Shown: piece by piece, positions 1 through 10,150 of the stretch
Position numbering within the stretch: the first letter of the stretch is position 1
How the letters are laid out: the number at the start of each line of letters is the position of its first letter
NCBI GenBank assembly: GCA_030603385.1
Contig: JAUVXW010000030.1
Location: 1 to 57,970, forward strand
Direction: 5' to 3'
DNA from: Promethearchaeota archaeon
GTDB taxonomy: Archaea > Asgardarchaeota > Lokiarchaeia > Sigyniarchaeales > SOKP01
DNA length: 57,970 bases
Position numbers and translations under genes: made by a program
The notes under the pieces: model-generated
The model's input: only the letters and a program-made list of their open reading frames with translations
What the model was told of the DNA's origin: nothing
Database searches by the model: none

Positions 1-921
1 GCTGGAATTTTTCAATGTCCTCAATGTAGAAAAATAATTAAAGAGAGGGATAAAGAAAGCGCGCAAGAGAAATCAAAAATAGAGAAGGGTGAATTTCAAG
101 ATGGGGATTATTTTCATAAAAATGTAAGTCTAAATAAAAAATATGAAATTTGTGAGAAAGGAATTACTTTAAGTAAAACAGAAAATCGATTATTTGCGGC
201 TTTAATTTGTCATAATGCCTATTTAAAAGAGGAAAAGTATGTTAGATTGTCATGGTGGAAAAATTTACGGCACGCAGGCATGCTTAAAATTTATGATAAA
301 GAAGTACTTAATAATATCATTATTTCTTTAGAAAAATTTGATGAATCTTTTGATGATATTTGGGGTTGGAGTGGAAGTTATGGAAAGCAAGAGCCTAAAT
401 CGGAAGAAGAACTAGAAAAAGAAAAAAATTTGGAAATCATCAAATATAGAATTATCGAAAACAGAACGTGTCCAAAATGTGCAAATAAAATGGATAAAAA
501 GAAGTCCCATTATGAGTGTCAACATTGTGGAGAAATAGTAATATTAGAAGGATATAATCAACCAATTTTTAATGTGGCATCAACAGACCTCGATTTACGC
601 TTTCACGGAAATTTTCCAATAAACTTTTACTTGCCGGTAAGTGGGATAACAGTGAAACGGTTGATGGGTGAATGGAAAGCGTTAGCAGTTATCTATTCGA
701 AAGACAATCCAAACAGAAAATGGTTCAGATTCTATTGGTGGGTACGAGATCTTAGTAATATATTAAAATATGGACAAAGGGAAATGGGGGAAGGGACTCA
801 AATGGGTTGGAAAGCTCAAAGAGGAGTATCATCTCCAAATATCTATGATAAGAAGTTATTAATACCTTTAATTAGCGCTTTAAAAAAAATATCAACAGAA
901 TTAAATTGGAATATTAGTTAA
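1..921 (+). CDS. Hypothetical protein with two zinc ribbons and an internally duplicated domain (5' partial)
   Basis: The frame of ORF 247..921 is open back to base 1 (AGIFQCPQCRK...). CPQC, CPKC and CQHC motifs. Repeat YVRLSWW..IYDKEVL vs WFRFYWW..IYDKKLL. Confidence 0.75.
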   Translation, partial: AGIFQCPQCRKIIKERDKESAQEKSKIEKGEFQDGDYFHKNVSLNKKYEICEKGITLSKTENRLFAALICHNAYLKEEKYVRLSWWKNLRHAGMLKIYDKEVLNNIIISLEKFDESFDDIWGWSGSYGKQEPKSEEELEKEKNLEIIKYRIIENRTCPKCANKMDKKKSHYECQHCGEIVILEGYNQPIFNVASTDLDLRFHGNFPINFYLPVSGITVKRLMGEWKALAVIYSKDNPNRKWFRFYWWVRDLSNILKYGQREMGEGTQMGWKAQRGVSSPNIYDKKLLIPLISALKKISTELNWNIS

Positions 922-952
922 TAAATTTTTTTTTAAAAATAGAGGAACAAAT

Positions 953-2092
953 ATGGCAGAAGTCCAAGATACAACGTGGAAAATGTTATTGAACGATTTT
1001 GAAAATGGGCTTGAAAAAGCAATAGAAGAGTTGCAGAAAAGAGACGTTGAAAATATTCCAGGAGCTAAAGAAGCACTTATTCAAAGATTAAACAATATGA
1101 AACTTCACTTCCCTAAAAATAATGGGGATATCTTCATGAAATCGATAGATGAAAAAATTCAAAATGCATTTTTTCCAAATACTACAAGTTTTTCTGAAGC
1201 ATTCGAGAAAATATTGAAATCAAGGACTCATGACCAAGATTTCATTATAAATGAATTATTGAATGGATTTGTAACATCAAAAGCAAATGCAATTGCCTTA
1301 GGAACTCAAGGACCAATAATAGATAGGATGGTGGAAGCATTTAGTAAGAGAAACGATTTTCATATTGTTGATCACCAATTTTTTGCTATGTTTGGAGATC
1401 CTAATAAACCTCGACATTATGTAAAAAAGCAACTTGAAGAATTAGTGAATATGTTTGGACTCGTTTCAAAAGAACTTCTAATTGAAAAGGATATAAGGAG
1501 GAGTGAGGAAAAAGTATATACATTTTATACTTTTCCAAGTGAAATTATAAAAATACTTGAAGAAAAATATCTAATTATTGATGACGATTTGGGATATGCT
1601 TATGTTTCGGAAGAATTTGATAGAAATGTGTTTATCTGCATGTTTCTTGCTAATGTTGCCATTCATAGAGATGATATCGATAAAATCGGGGGTTCTTTTA
1701 CTATTAATGGTGTTTCTGCAATTTTTGCACTAATATTGTTGCTAAGTTTTATGCCAAAATTATCAGTAGATGAAACAAATCCTATTTTAAACGATCCCAC
1801 CTTTAAAGCAGACAATATGAGTGTTATTCCAAAATCATGGATGATAAGACAAGTTTTGGAACCTCTGTTTGAACCTCTCATTAAAATTGTAGCATATAGA
1901 GTAGGCGGAGGATTGTGGTTCTCAAAAATTGTTGGTTCTGAAATTAATAAAAAAATTCATAATCAAATAAGATTCCTCCTTAAAGATGTTAATAAATGGA
2001 TTTTAGGGAATTTATGTAGAGTAGAAATACCAATTTTTGTTGAAATATCCAACATTTTTACTGAAATTTTAGTTGGATATGATGAAGAATAA
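953..2092 (+). CDS. Hypothetical protein (379 aa)
   Basis: Long ORF, GAGG upstream of ATG, tightly spaced in operon. No recognised motif. Confidence 0.8.
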   Translation: MAEVQDTTWKMLLNDFENGLEKAIEELQKRDVENIPGAKEALIQRLNNMKLHFPKNNGDIFMKSIDEKIQNAFFPNTTSFSEAFEKILKSRTHDQDFIINELLNGFVTSKANAIALGTQGPIIDRMVEAFSKRNDFHIVDHQFFAMFGDPNKPRHYVKKQLEELVNMFGLVSKELLIEKDIRRSEEKVYTFYTFPSEIIKILEEKYLIIDDDLGYAYVSEEFDRNVFICMFLANVAIHRDDIDKIGGSFTINGVSAIFALILLLSFMPKLSVDETNPILNDPTFKADNMSVIPKSWMIRQVLEPLFEPLIKIVAYRVGGGLWFSKIVGSEINKKIHNQIRFLLKDVNKWILGNLCRVEIPIFVEISNIFTEILVGYDEE

Positions 2093-2104
2093 GAGAAAGA
2101 AGAG

Positions 2105-3418
2105 TTGTATTATTTAAGAATGAGTTATAAAAAAAAATCAACAAGAACTATAAAACATGGAAGAAAAAGAGAAAAATGGACCGATATTCTTCCTAGATAT
2201 TTAACATTTATAACTCATATGCGCCCTATTTTAAGAGAAACTAGAAGAATAATTATTAATTTAGATCCTGATTTATTACTAGATACAGAAATCTTAGATA
2301 AAATCCGTCAGGAGGAAGAGAAAAGAAATATACGTAAGGTTAGAGCACTCTCAGAATTTTCTGCTATGTATAGATCAAATATATATGAAATTATTAAAGA
2401 TTTTATAATAAAATATCGAGATGAAATTCCAATAATAGATATTAAAGACTATATTATAGATTTTCTCCATGAATCTGTAGATGCTTTAAACGTTTTACGA
2501 CATATCACTAATCCTGATGAACTCAATCTAGAAAATACTTATCTTTATCAATTAGTAAAATTCATTGAAGAAAGAATATTGTCAAGAGGTTCAAATCTAA
2601 AAATTATATACGAGAAATTATTAGAAAATTCACCAAATCTTTATGAATGCCAACGCCACATATTGCAATCCCATACATATTATAGAGAAAAATTAGAAAG
2701 TCCAGATAATTTTGAAATTCCAGTCATATCTCCAAAAGTATATCAAATTATCAATAATATAACATCTCTTTATAATCTAGATCCTAATTTTGGGGAGTTT
2801 CCTGAAAAAGAGAATTATGAAATTCCAATGATTTTAAAAAACGATGTATTTTTGCCATACATTGATTCAATTGCGAATGCTGAGGAAGAGGCAATAGAAA
2901 AAATGGCTGAACGCATAGGTTTGCGGTTAATTGATGGCATATTTCTAGCACCACAAGAAGATTTTGTTGAGATTCTATTAGATAATAATTACCTACGTGA
3001 AAATAAGCAAACCGATGGCACTATAAGGCTATTGCCTCAATTTAGCAATGAAACCCTAATAACTTATTATTTAGCATTTGCATCTCAAAGAAGAGGATTT
3101 CTATCAAAAGAACTAGTAAATTGGATTTCAATGAATTTTGCTTTTTTGATTTATATGGGTATTTTAAAATGGAAATTATCTGATGAGAATATTTTTTATG
3201 CAATTTTTAAAGACTTACAAACAAATGAGAAGATTCTTCCTTATTTAATGAAACTTATATGTTTTCCTAATTATCTAGGAGTAGATAAGATGAAAATTCG
3301 AGATTCTATTCAATATCGGAAAGAAATTTTTAATTTTATAGGTTCTCAAATTGATAATCTTAAAGAATTTATTAATGAAATTGCTGTATTCTGTAAAAAG
3401 TTTGAAAGTAGAAAATAA
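2105..3418 (+). CDS. Hypothetical protein (about 437 aa)
   Basis: Long ORF in operon; alternative ATG at 2120. Confidence 0.8.
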   Translation: MYYLRMSYKKKSTRTIKHGRKREKWTDILPRYLTFITHMRPILRETRRIIINLDPDLLLDTEILDKIRQEEEKRNIRKVRALSEFSAMYRSNIYEIIKDFIIKYRDEIPIIDIKDYIIDFLHESVDALNVLRHITNPDELNLENTYLYQLVKFIEERILSRGSNLKIIYEKLLENSPNLYECQRHILQSHTYYREKLESPDNFEIPVISPKVYQIINNITSLYNLDPNFGEFPEKENYEIPMILKNDVFLPYIDSIANAEEEAIEKMAERIGLRLIDGIFLAPQEDFVEILLDNNYLRENKQTDGTIRLLPQFSNETLITYYLAFASQRRGFLSKELVNWISMNFAFLIYMGILKWKLSDENIFYAIFKDLQTNEKILPYLMKLICFPNYLGVDKMKIRDSIQYRKEIFNFIGSQIDNLKEFINEIAVFCKKFESRK

Positions 3419-3573
3419 AAATAAAATTTTAAGCGAGTTGAGAGAAAGTTAGTAAAAAAAATGATGAAAATGAAGTAAAAATTACCTATACAGATGATAT
3501 AATTAAAGAACGTCTTGGTAAATATGGTGCTGTTTATCTTTCAGTAGATATAAAAGAATCTGTAGAAGATATT

Positions 3574-4557
3574 TTGGGTAATGAAGTAAAAAAAGAATTA
3601 CTAGATGATTTTTTCAAAGCCTTAATAAAATATGAGGAGTTTAAAGAACAATTAAAAGAAACAAAACTCACTCCCAATTTAACGGTACTTCTATATGGAC
3701 CTCCTGGTACTGGTAAAACTTCCTTAACAAGAGGATTTGCAAAAAAATATGATATACCTATATGTATTGTAGAATCTGATAGGCTTGTATCACCATTGTT
3801 AGGGGATACAATAAAAAACATTAGAGGTGTTGTTGAACTGGCAGCAGATATTTCAAAAGAGAGAGGGGCATTTATCCTATTTTTTGATGAACTTGATGCA
3901 ATAGGTTCAGAAAGGTCAAACATTCATGAGGTTGGAGAAATTAAAAGAGCGGTAATTTCTTTTCTACAAGTTATTGACAGAATTAATTATGAAGGTGTCC
4001 CATTAGCAATCTTTGGTGCGACTAATCATCAACATCAGCTTGATTCTGCGATTTGGCGCCGTTTCACATTCCATTTTGAATTCGATTTCCCTAATTATCA
4101 CCTACGCAAACAAATTATTGAATCTTTCATCAATAAGATAAAAAAAGCAAAAATAGGTGTTGATAACTCAATATTTTCGAATTTAAACAATGAATACAAA
4201 GAAATTCACGCGATTGCTAAAGAATTAGAGAATAAATTAGGGCGAAAAATTTCTGAGTTTGATGATAATGTTTTATGGGAAGAAATTAGTAAAAAAAGTA
4301 AGATAGATGGGCTTTTAAAGTTAACATATGGATACTCTGGTTCTGATATTGAAAGAGGAACTAGAGTTGCATTATTTAAAGCCATTAGTACAGAACTGCT
4401 TACTTATGATATGTTTTTTAATTCATTACGACTAGTTGGCGGTACAGCCATCCATGTTGAAAGACAAGATGTTTTAAGTAGTACTAAAATCCGTGCTAAC
4501 AGAACTAAAATTAGCGAGGAAAGAAGAAAAAGGTTACCCAGTCCCCCAGAAATTTAA
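3574..4557 (+). CDS. AAA+ ATPase (classical AAA clade, single domain)
   Basis: Walker A GPPGTGKT, Walker B ILFFDE, sensor-1 GATN, arginine-finger region LDSAIWRRF, GYSGSDI. The frame is open upstream to 3442, so the true start may be earlier. Confidence 0.9.
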   Translation: MGNEVKKELLDDFFKALIKYEEFKEQLKETKLTPNLTVLLYGPPGTGKTSLTRGFAKKYDIPICIVESDRLVSPLLGDTIKNIRGVVELAADISKERGAFILFFDELDAIGSERSNIHEVGEIKRAVISFLQVIDRINYEGVPLAIFGATNHQHQLDSAIWRRFTFHFEFDFPNYHLRKQIIESFINKIKKAKIGVDNSIFSNLNNEYKEIHAIAKELENKLGRKISEFDDNVLWEEISKKSKIDGLLKLTYGYSGSDIERGTRVALFKAISTELLTYDMFFNSLRLVGGTAIHVERQDVLSSTKIRANRTKISEERRKRLPSPPEI

Positions 4558-4594
4558 TAAAAAGAAAATCTAAATATAAATCTTTTAATCAAAT

Positions 4595-5635
4595 ATGATA
4601 GGAAGCCAATTGTTCAATCTTGAAAAAATTAAGGACTTTACATCCTCAATAGATGTGCTTCAAGCAAAAATTTATCAATTAAATGAAGATTCTGTAAATG
4701 TTAAAGCTTTCAAGCAGTCAGTAATTCACAATTTTACTAATAAAGATTTCCTTTCTCAAATTGAAGAAATAACAAATTTGATGAGTGATATAAAAAATAT
4801 TTTAGAAAATATATCAAATCATAATATAAGCAGTTTCTTAAGTCTTCAAGAGTGTCTGATCAAAAAATATAAAGAAAAAAATCAAGAGAAATTAAAAAAA
4901 CTAAGATTAAATCAAGGACTATTAAGAGAAATTGGATTATATTTGATTGAAAAAAGAGAAATTAATAAGACTATTCATGAGATATCATATGTCCCTTCAA
5001 TAGAAGTTGCTCAATGGTTAGAAATCTTAGATTCTTTAAAACAAAACTCACTATTTTTAAGAACTATAAAAAAAATTGAGCAATACTATGAAAATTTAAT
5101 TCAAGATAAACTCAAATTAGAATTAAGTAAAATACCTAAAGATGCTGGTATATCGTTAATAAAAGACTTTGAAGCTGTCTTTCTCGAAGATCCAAATATC
5201 ACTTTTACAGAATTTCTTCAAGATTTCGAAAGTAAATTAACCCAAAAAGAACTGAAGACAAAAAAAGAATTTATAGCAAAAGTAAAAAAGAGAGAAGAAT
5301 TAGAAAAATTGAAAAAGAAACAAGAAGAACAAAAAGAAGCTTATAATGACTACTTAAAATTATCTGATAAAGCATTTGAGAGAAAAACTCGTAAAAAGGC
5401 TAGAGAGAAATTGAGCAATATAATAACCACGGATAAAGAAACGAAAAAAATAGAAATTAGTGATGAAGTTTCGGAAAAAATCGAGAAATTTAAATCTAAA
5501 TTAGACAAGAGTTTTGAGGCAAAATATTTAATTCAGAAAGATGATGAAATAGATCCTCTTGATTTAATTAGGGAAAGGAAAATCAAAAAAGAAAAGGAGT
5601 ATAAGAAATATCAGGATCATTTTGAAAAAACTTAA
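4595..5635 (+). CDS. Coiled-coil hypothetical protein
   Basis: 346 aa, K/E-rich helical sequence. Confidence 0.75.
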   Translation: MIGSQLFNLEKIKDFTSSIDVLQAKIYQLNEDSVNVKAFKQSVIHNFTNKDFLSQIEEITNLMSDIKNILENISNHNISSFLSLQECLIKKYKEKNQEKLKKLRLNQGLLREIGLYLIEKREINKTIHEISYVPSIEVAQWLEILDSLKQNSLFLRTIKKIEQYYENLIQDKLKLELSKIPKDAGISLIKDFEAVFLEDPNITFTEFLQDFESKLTQKELKTKKEFIAKVKKREELEKLKKKQEEQKEAYNDYLKLSDKAFERKTRKKAREKLSNIITTDKETKKIEISDEVSEKIEKFKSKLDKSFEAKYLIQKDDEIDPLDLIRERKIKKEKEYKKYQDHFEKT

Positions 5636-5751
5636 ATCATAAATTAAAGGGCTTTAAGATTTCAGCAAAAAATTTTAATATTTTCATTGGTTCTAAAGAA
5701 ATTTCAATTCAAGATCGATATACGGTAATAAAGGGAAGATTTAAAAAAAAT

Positions 5752-7272
5752 ATGGTAAAAAGTCTTAAAAATGAAGTCTTCTCTGAAATTCTTGAGAATT
5801 TAGATCTAATTCCATTAAAAAAATTCATTGGAATCTATTTGGAGCGATTAGATAACTCCAGTAATTTAGAAAAAGGTTTAGCTTTGATAAGACTTCTTAA
5901 TGAATTTCATGATCTTATGAAAAAAAACATTGAAATTGTCTCGCAGTACAGTGAAATTCTAGAATCCGTCATATCACTTCTCAGATTTAATTCCCTTCTA
6001 AAAGAAAAAGAAAATTTTTTAATAGAATTAGAAATAACGGAAGAATATAAAAAATCTAGTGATAATGCTGCAATTTCTGATTTGCTAAAAAAGTTAAATA
6101 AGTCTATAAATGATAATAAAAAGAAATTAAAATACCTTGAAGAAGACTATTCTCAACGAAAGAATCAAATCGACCAGATTAATAAAACTATCAAAAATTA
6201 TGAGTTAAAAGTTAAAGATTTAACAAAACAGAAAAAAGAATTTTTCAGTCAAATTAATAAAATAACTCGTGAGATGTCTGGAAGTCCTATTAAGGAAAAA
6301 GAAGAATCAAATCTATTTCCCGAAATTGATGATAGTTTAACGAATTCTCAAAAAATAAAAGCATTTCAGAAGAAAGCAAAAGATGTTCAAAGTGAAATTA
6401 ATGAATTTAATCTGAAAATAGGTGAAACTAAATTGAAGTTCAATGAATTTAACCCACTTTATGAAATATATAAACGGGATTATGAAAAACTTAAAGAAAT
6501 GATTAAAACGGATGAACAGAGAGTTGAAGACTTACAAGTTGAACTTAAAGATAATCTCATGGAAAATGAAAATGGATCTCATAAAAACTTTAATGGAATT
6601 GATTTGAAATTAGTAAGATCGAAACAAGATATCGAGGATGACATTAAAAAAACTGACGAGGAATTGAAAATAATTTCAATTCCAGGGGATCTATGTAATC
6701 TTCAGAATCCAGAAGATTTATCTAGAATAAAAGAGAAATTAAATGATAATTTTAATAACTTGAAAATTCATAAGAGTGAAATTAAAATCGAAAAAAATGA
6801 AGGACAAATTAGAGAAACTTTTGAATCTTTTCAAAGATTAGAGATTATCATTGATGAACTTGAATCTTTAATTAATAAATTCTTACAAGAGATTAATTTA
6901 AGATCAAATTTTAGCATTCATTTAAGTAATGATAATAAGAGTTTTTTTATAAAAATTGGATTTATTCGAAATAATCGAGAGAAAATTACTTTTAACGAGT
7001 TAACTACACCTGAGAAGATATTTTTTATTATCATATATTATATTTCAATAGAACTCCAAGTTAAAAATGATAATATAATCTTTTCAAATTTGTTTATTCC
7101 AAGTATTTATAATAAAGCAGGATCAATTTTCAGGACAATTAGAAAAATCTTACCTCTTTTTGAAAACGAGGAAGATCTTACTAATTTTAATTTGATTTTT
7201 ATTCTTTCAAATTTAGAAATGAAAAAAGAAATAAAAAATTTAAAAATAATAACGATTCAAGCAAATGGGTGA
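5752..7272 (+). CDS. SMC/Rad50-like long coiled-coil protein with degenerate C-terminal ABC-type head
   Basis: Long coiled coil followed by ...KITFNELTTPEKIFFIIIYYISI..., positioned like the SMC LSGGE signature. No Walker A seen. Confidence 0.55.
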   Translation: MVKSLKNEVFSEILENLDLIPLKKFIGIYLERLDNSSNLEKGLALIRLLNEFHDLMKKNIEIVSQYSEILESVISLLRFNSLLKEKENFLIELEITEEYKKSSDNAAISDLLKKLNKSINDNKKKLKYLEEDYSQRKNQIDQINKTIKNYELKVKDLTKQKKEFFSQINKITREMSGSPIKEKEESNLFPEIDDSLTNSQKIKAFQKKAKDVQSEINEFNLKIGETKLKFNEFNPLYEIYKRDYEKLKEMIKTDEQRVEDLQVELKDNLMENENGSHKNFNGIDLKLVRSKQDIEDDIKKTDEELKIISIPGDLCNLQNPEDLSRIKEKLNDNFNNLKIHKSEIKIEKNEGQIRETFESFQRLEIIIDELESLINKFLQEINLRSNFSIHLSNDNKSFFIKIGFIRNNREKITFNELTTPEKIFFIIIYYISIELQVKNDNIIFSNLFIPSIYNKAGSIFRTIRKILPLFENEEDLTNFNLIFILSNLEMKKEIKNLKIITIQANG

Positions 7273-7775
7273 TACTAATAATGGAAATAAAAGAAATCGA
7301 AGAAGTAATAATAAATATTACCAAAATCATTTTAACTAATCCTCAAAAGATGATGAGAGAAGAAGATCTTAAGAATTTAAGCAAAGATTTAAATTTTAAA
7401 CAAGTTATAAGTGAAGTCTATGTGAATTTAAAAAATATTGGTTTTGAACTAATTAAAACTAAATTTCTTGGACAAACTTTTTATATTTTAACATCCGAGG
7501 GTAAAGATGATAATGTTACACCTTCTCAATATGGTACTTTAGCGTTAATAGTAGCTTTAAGCAAAGAAGTTGATGAGAATATAAAAATTGAAGATTTAAA
7601 AGAAATATTTAACGAAATATGGGATACTGATATTCAATTTCTAATCGAGAATGATTATATAAGAAAATTCGATGAGTTAGGAATAATAAGAGTGGCACCC
7701 TTAGGAAAAGCCATCATGAAAAACATCATTGTAGATATACAGCTGAAAAACCTGTTGAATTTGTTTAAAGAATAA
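7269..7775 (+). CDS. Putative tandem winged-helix (KITE/ScpB/Nse1-like) protein
   Basis: 168 aa, overlaps the SMC-like gene by 4 nt. Two wHTH-like halves (...NLKNIGFELIKTK...FYILTS; ...FLIENDYIRK...IIRVAPLG). Confidence 0.5.
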   Translation: MILIMEIKEIEEVIINITKIILTNPQKMMREEDLKNLSKDLNFKQVISEVYVNLKNIGFELIKTKFLGQTFYILTSEGKDDNVTPSQYGTLALIVALSKEVDENIKIEDLKEIFNEIWDTDIQFLIENDYIRKFDELGIIRVAPLGKAIMKNIIVDIQLKNLLNLFKE

Positions 7776-7798
7776 AATTAATTAAAAAATAAAAAAAA

Positions 7799-8215
7799 TT
7801 AATCTTCTAAATCCATTTTAAATTGTTCATAAATTTTTCTAACTCTATCTGCTGAAGGACCTTCTCCTCGTACTCCTTTCTCATCTACAAGTATTTTCCC
7901 ACTTAATATTGATATAATATTTTGATCTTCAATATAATTAACATGACCTTTTGAGAATATTGTAGCAATGCGTTCGCTGAGTGCAACCATAGGGAAAGGT
8001 TCTTCTTCCAAACTCACGAAGTTGTAAAAAGTATTTCTTATAAACAGCTTTGGGAATAACTTGCTTTTTTCATTTTTCGCATTAACTAGAATAAGGTTTG
8101 AATCCTCTGAAATTCCCATTAATTTTCCCACAAAAAACTTATCCTTATTAATGTATACCTTAACGATTTTATCAATTAAAGATCCTAACTCAGTATTATA
8201 TTGCCTTATTGACAT
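7799..8215 (-). CDS. Lsm/Sm-like RNA-binding protein with C-terminal extension (SmAP3-type)
   Basis: Sm1 motif VKVYINKDKFFVGKLMGI...NLILVNA, Sm2-like LFIRN. Confidence 0.8.
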   Translation of the reverse strand: MSIRQYNTELGSLIDKIVKVYINKDKFFVGKLMGISEDSNLILVNAKNEKSKLFPKLFIRNTFYNFVSLEEEPFPMVALSERIATIFSKGHVNYIEDQNIISILSGKILVDEKGVRGEGPSADRVRKIYEQFKMDLED

Positions 8216-8275
8216 GATATATCAGAACTATTTTCCTTAATAATAATATTATATTCTTTTACTTTTATTCTTAAT

Positions 8276-8932
8276 TTATTCAATTATCTCATTTATTAGT
8301 TGAGGGATATTTTCTCCAGTTAAAGCACTTGTTGTAATAATCTTAAGGTTTGGATTAATCTTTTTCGCGTCCGCAACCATTTCCTCTAAATTAATGTCTA
8401 TAACATCAAGTAGATCAATTTTATTGATAACCGCAACATCAGAGGATTTAAACAATAGAGGGTGTTTTTTTATCACCCATTCACCTTCGGTAATAGAAAC
8501 TATAACAACTCGTTTATCAGTGCCTAAGATAAAATCAGATGGACAAATTAGATTTCCTACGTTCTCTATAAAGAGAAGATTAGTTTGATGTAAATCGTAA
8601 TTTTTTATCACTTGAGAAATATGATAAGAATTAAGAGCACACTCTCGACCTGTATTAATCTGTATTGTGTTTACCCCATGTTTTTCAATCCTGTCAGCAT
8701 CAACTCTTGTGGTTACATCACCATTAACGACAAGAATCCTATATTCTTTTGATATTTCTTTTACAATGCTCTCAATGATTGCTGTTTTTCCCGCACCAAT
8801 TGCTCCTACAAAATCAACGGATTTTATTTTAAGTTCCTTTAAAATTTTCCTATTTTGCTCAGCTAAATTATCGTTATTTGCAATTAAATCTTCATTCAAT
8901 TCAATGATTCGTGAAGTTTCTCTTTCAGGCAT
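8276..8932 (-). CDS. hypB: Hydrogenase nickel incorporation GTPase HypB
   Basis: GAIGAGKT, QINTGRECAL, ENVGNLICP, KHP, NKID motifs. Confidence 0.93.
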   Translation of the reverse strand: MPERETSRIIELNEDLIANNDNLAEQNRKILKELKIKSVDFVGAIGAGKTAIIESIVKEISKEYRILVVNGDVTTRVDADRIEKHGVNTIQINTGRECALNSYHISQVIKNYDLHQTNLLFIENVGNLICPSDFILGTDKRVVIVSITEGEWVIKKHPLLFKSSDVAVINKIDLLDVIDINLEEMVADAKKINPNLKIITTSALTGENIPQLINEIIE

Positions 8933-9028
8933 TATAGAATATCAAAAAATATGACATAATTAATTGAAATATGAAGATAAAGTCTTTTTCATTGATAATT
9001 TTTATCAATTTTATGTATAGTTAGATTA

Positions 9029-9991
9029 TTATTTTTTTACAAAATTGTATTTATAAACTAAATAGGAGCCTAAAATCCCTCCTAACTCAGGTAAATAAAA
9101 TAATAAATAAACAAGAGATAAAAATGCGTATAATAACCCAAAAATTAAACGTATTGATACTATCATTATTAGAAAACTTCTTCCCGACATTCTCATTGGA
9201 ATAAATGCTCTTACTTCTCGCCTCATCATTGGAAAGATTATATATGAAATTAAACCATATATTCCCCCCCATGCTAATCCTACATATACCGGAGAAGAAT
9301 CTAAAGGTAAATATACAAGTAATGATAATCTTAGTAAAATATAGAATAAAGCCGAAAATAAACCACTAATAATATACAACTTTATTAAGAAAGAGGCTCC
9401 ATAACTAAATTCAATGCTTCTCGCCATAAAATATAAAAAGAACAACATAAAGAATAAAAAGAATAAATTAATTACAGAACTCATTGCTGAATAGTAGACA
9501 CTACTACTACTGAAACTTATAAAAAGGCTAGTGAAAAATGTATGATAGGTGAACTCAAATAATACTTTATTTAAACTTAAATAAATATATTGAGAGATTC
9601 CATAGCTATCAAAAAACAAAGCAATGATGGAAGTTAAAATTATTACTGCAAATAGTATCTTAGTATAATTATATTTGGTTGTTGTTTTCTCTGATTTTCC
9701 ATAGGTCTTCAGCGTTTTTTTTCTTTGTTTATCTTGTCTCCTTAGATATTTCCGTAATACTTTAGGTCCTTTATCCAAATATTCCTTAGAAGTAGGTTTC
9801 TTTAAAACAACATCTTGACGACGTTTACTTGGACTTCTTGAAGTAGTCGGTACAACTGGTACATGTTTTAATTCAAAAGTACATTCATGATTTTCTGGTA
9901 GTCTATGCTTCTTGCAAAAAGTACCACTGCAATATTTACATGTGAAAGGAAGATATCCGATCTGTTCACCACAGAATTCGCAATATGTCAG
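9029..9991 (-). CDS. AN1-type zinc finger fused to rhomboid-like (probably inactive) membrane domain
   Basis: The frame extends upstream of 9778 to encode [36 protein letters not shown]. Start is probably CTG at 9991 after GGTGA. Six TM-like segments with FFTSLF, NxF..., RSIE motifs. Confidence 0.75.
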   Translation of the reverse strand: MTYCEFCGEQIGYLPFTCKYCSGTFCKKHRLPENHECTFELKHVPVVPTTSRSPSKRRQDVVLKKPTSKEYLDKGPKVLRKYLRRQDKQRKKTLKTYGKSEKTTTKYNYTKILFAVIILTSIIALFFDSYGISQYIYLSLNKVLFEFTYHTFFTSLFISFSSSSVYYSAMSSVINLFFLFFMLFFLYFMARSIEFSYGASFLIKLYIISGLFSALFYILLRLSLLVYLPLDSSPVYVGLAWGGIYGLISYIIFPMMRREVRAFIPMRMSGRSFLIMIVSIRLIFGLLYAFLSLVYLLFYLPELGGILGSYLVYKYNFVKK

Positions 9992-10150
9992 TCTAATTCA
10001 CCAAGAAAGCAATTAAATTTTTCAATCCCATTGTTAAAGAATTCAAAAGTATAATAATTTAAAATTATCACCCTTCATAATTTTTACTTTTTATTTTATG
10101 CAAATAAAAATATAAAAAGACTCATTGAAGGTTATTTTTCTCTTTTTCAG

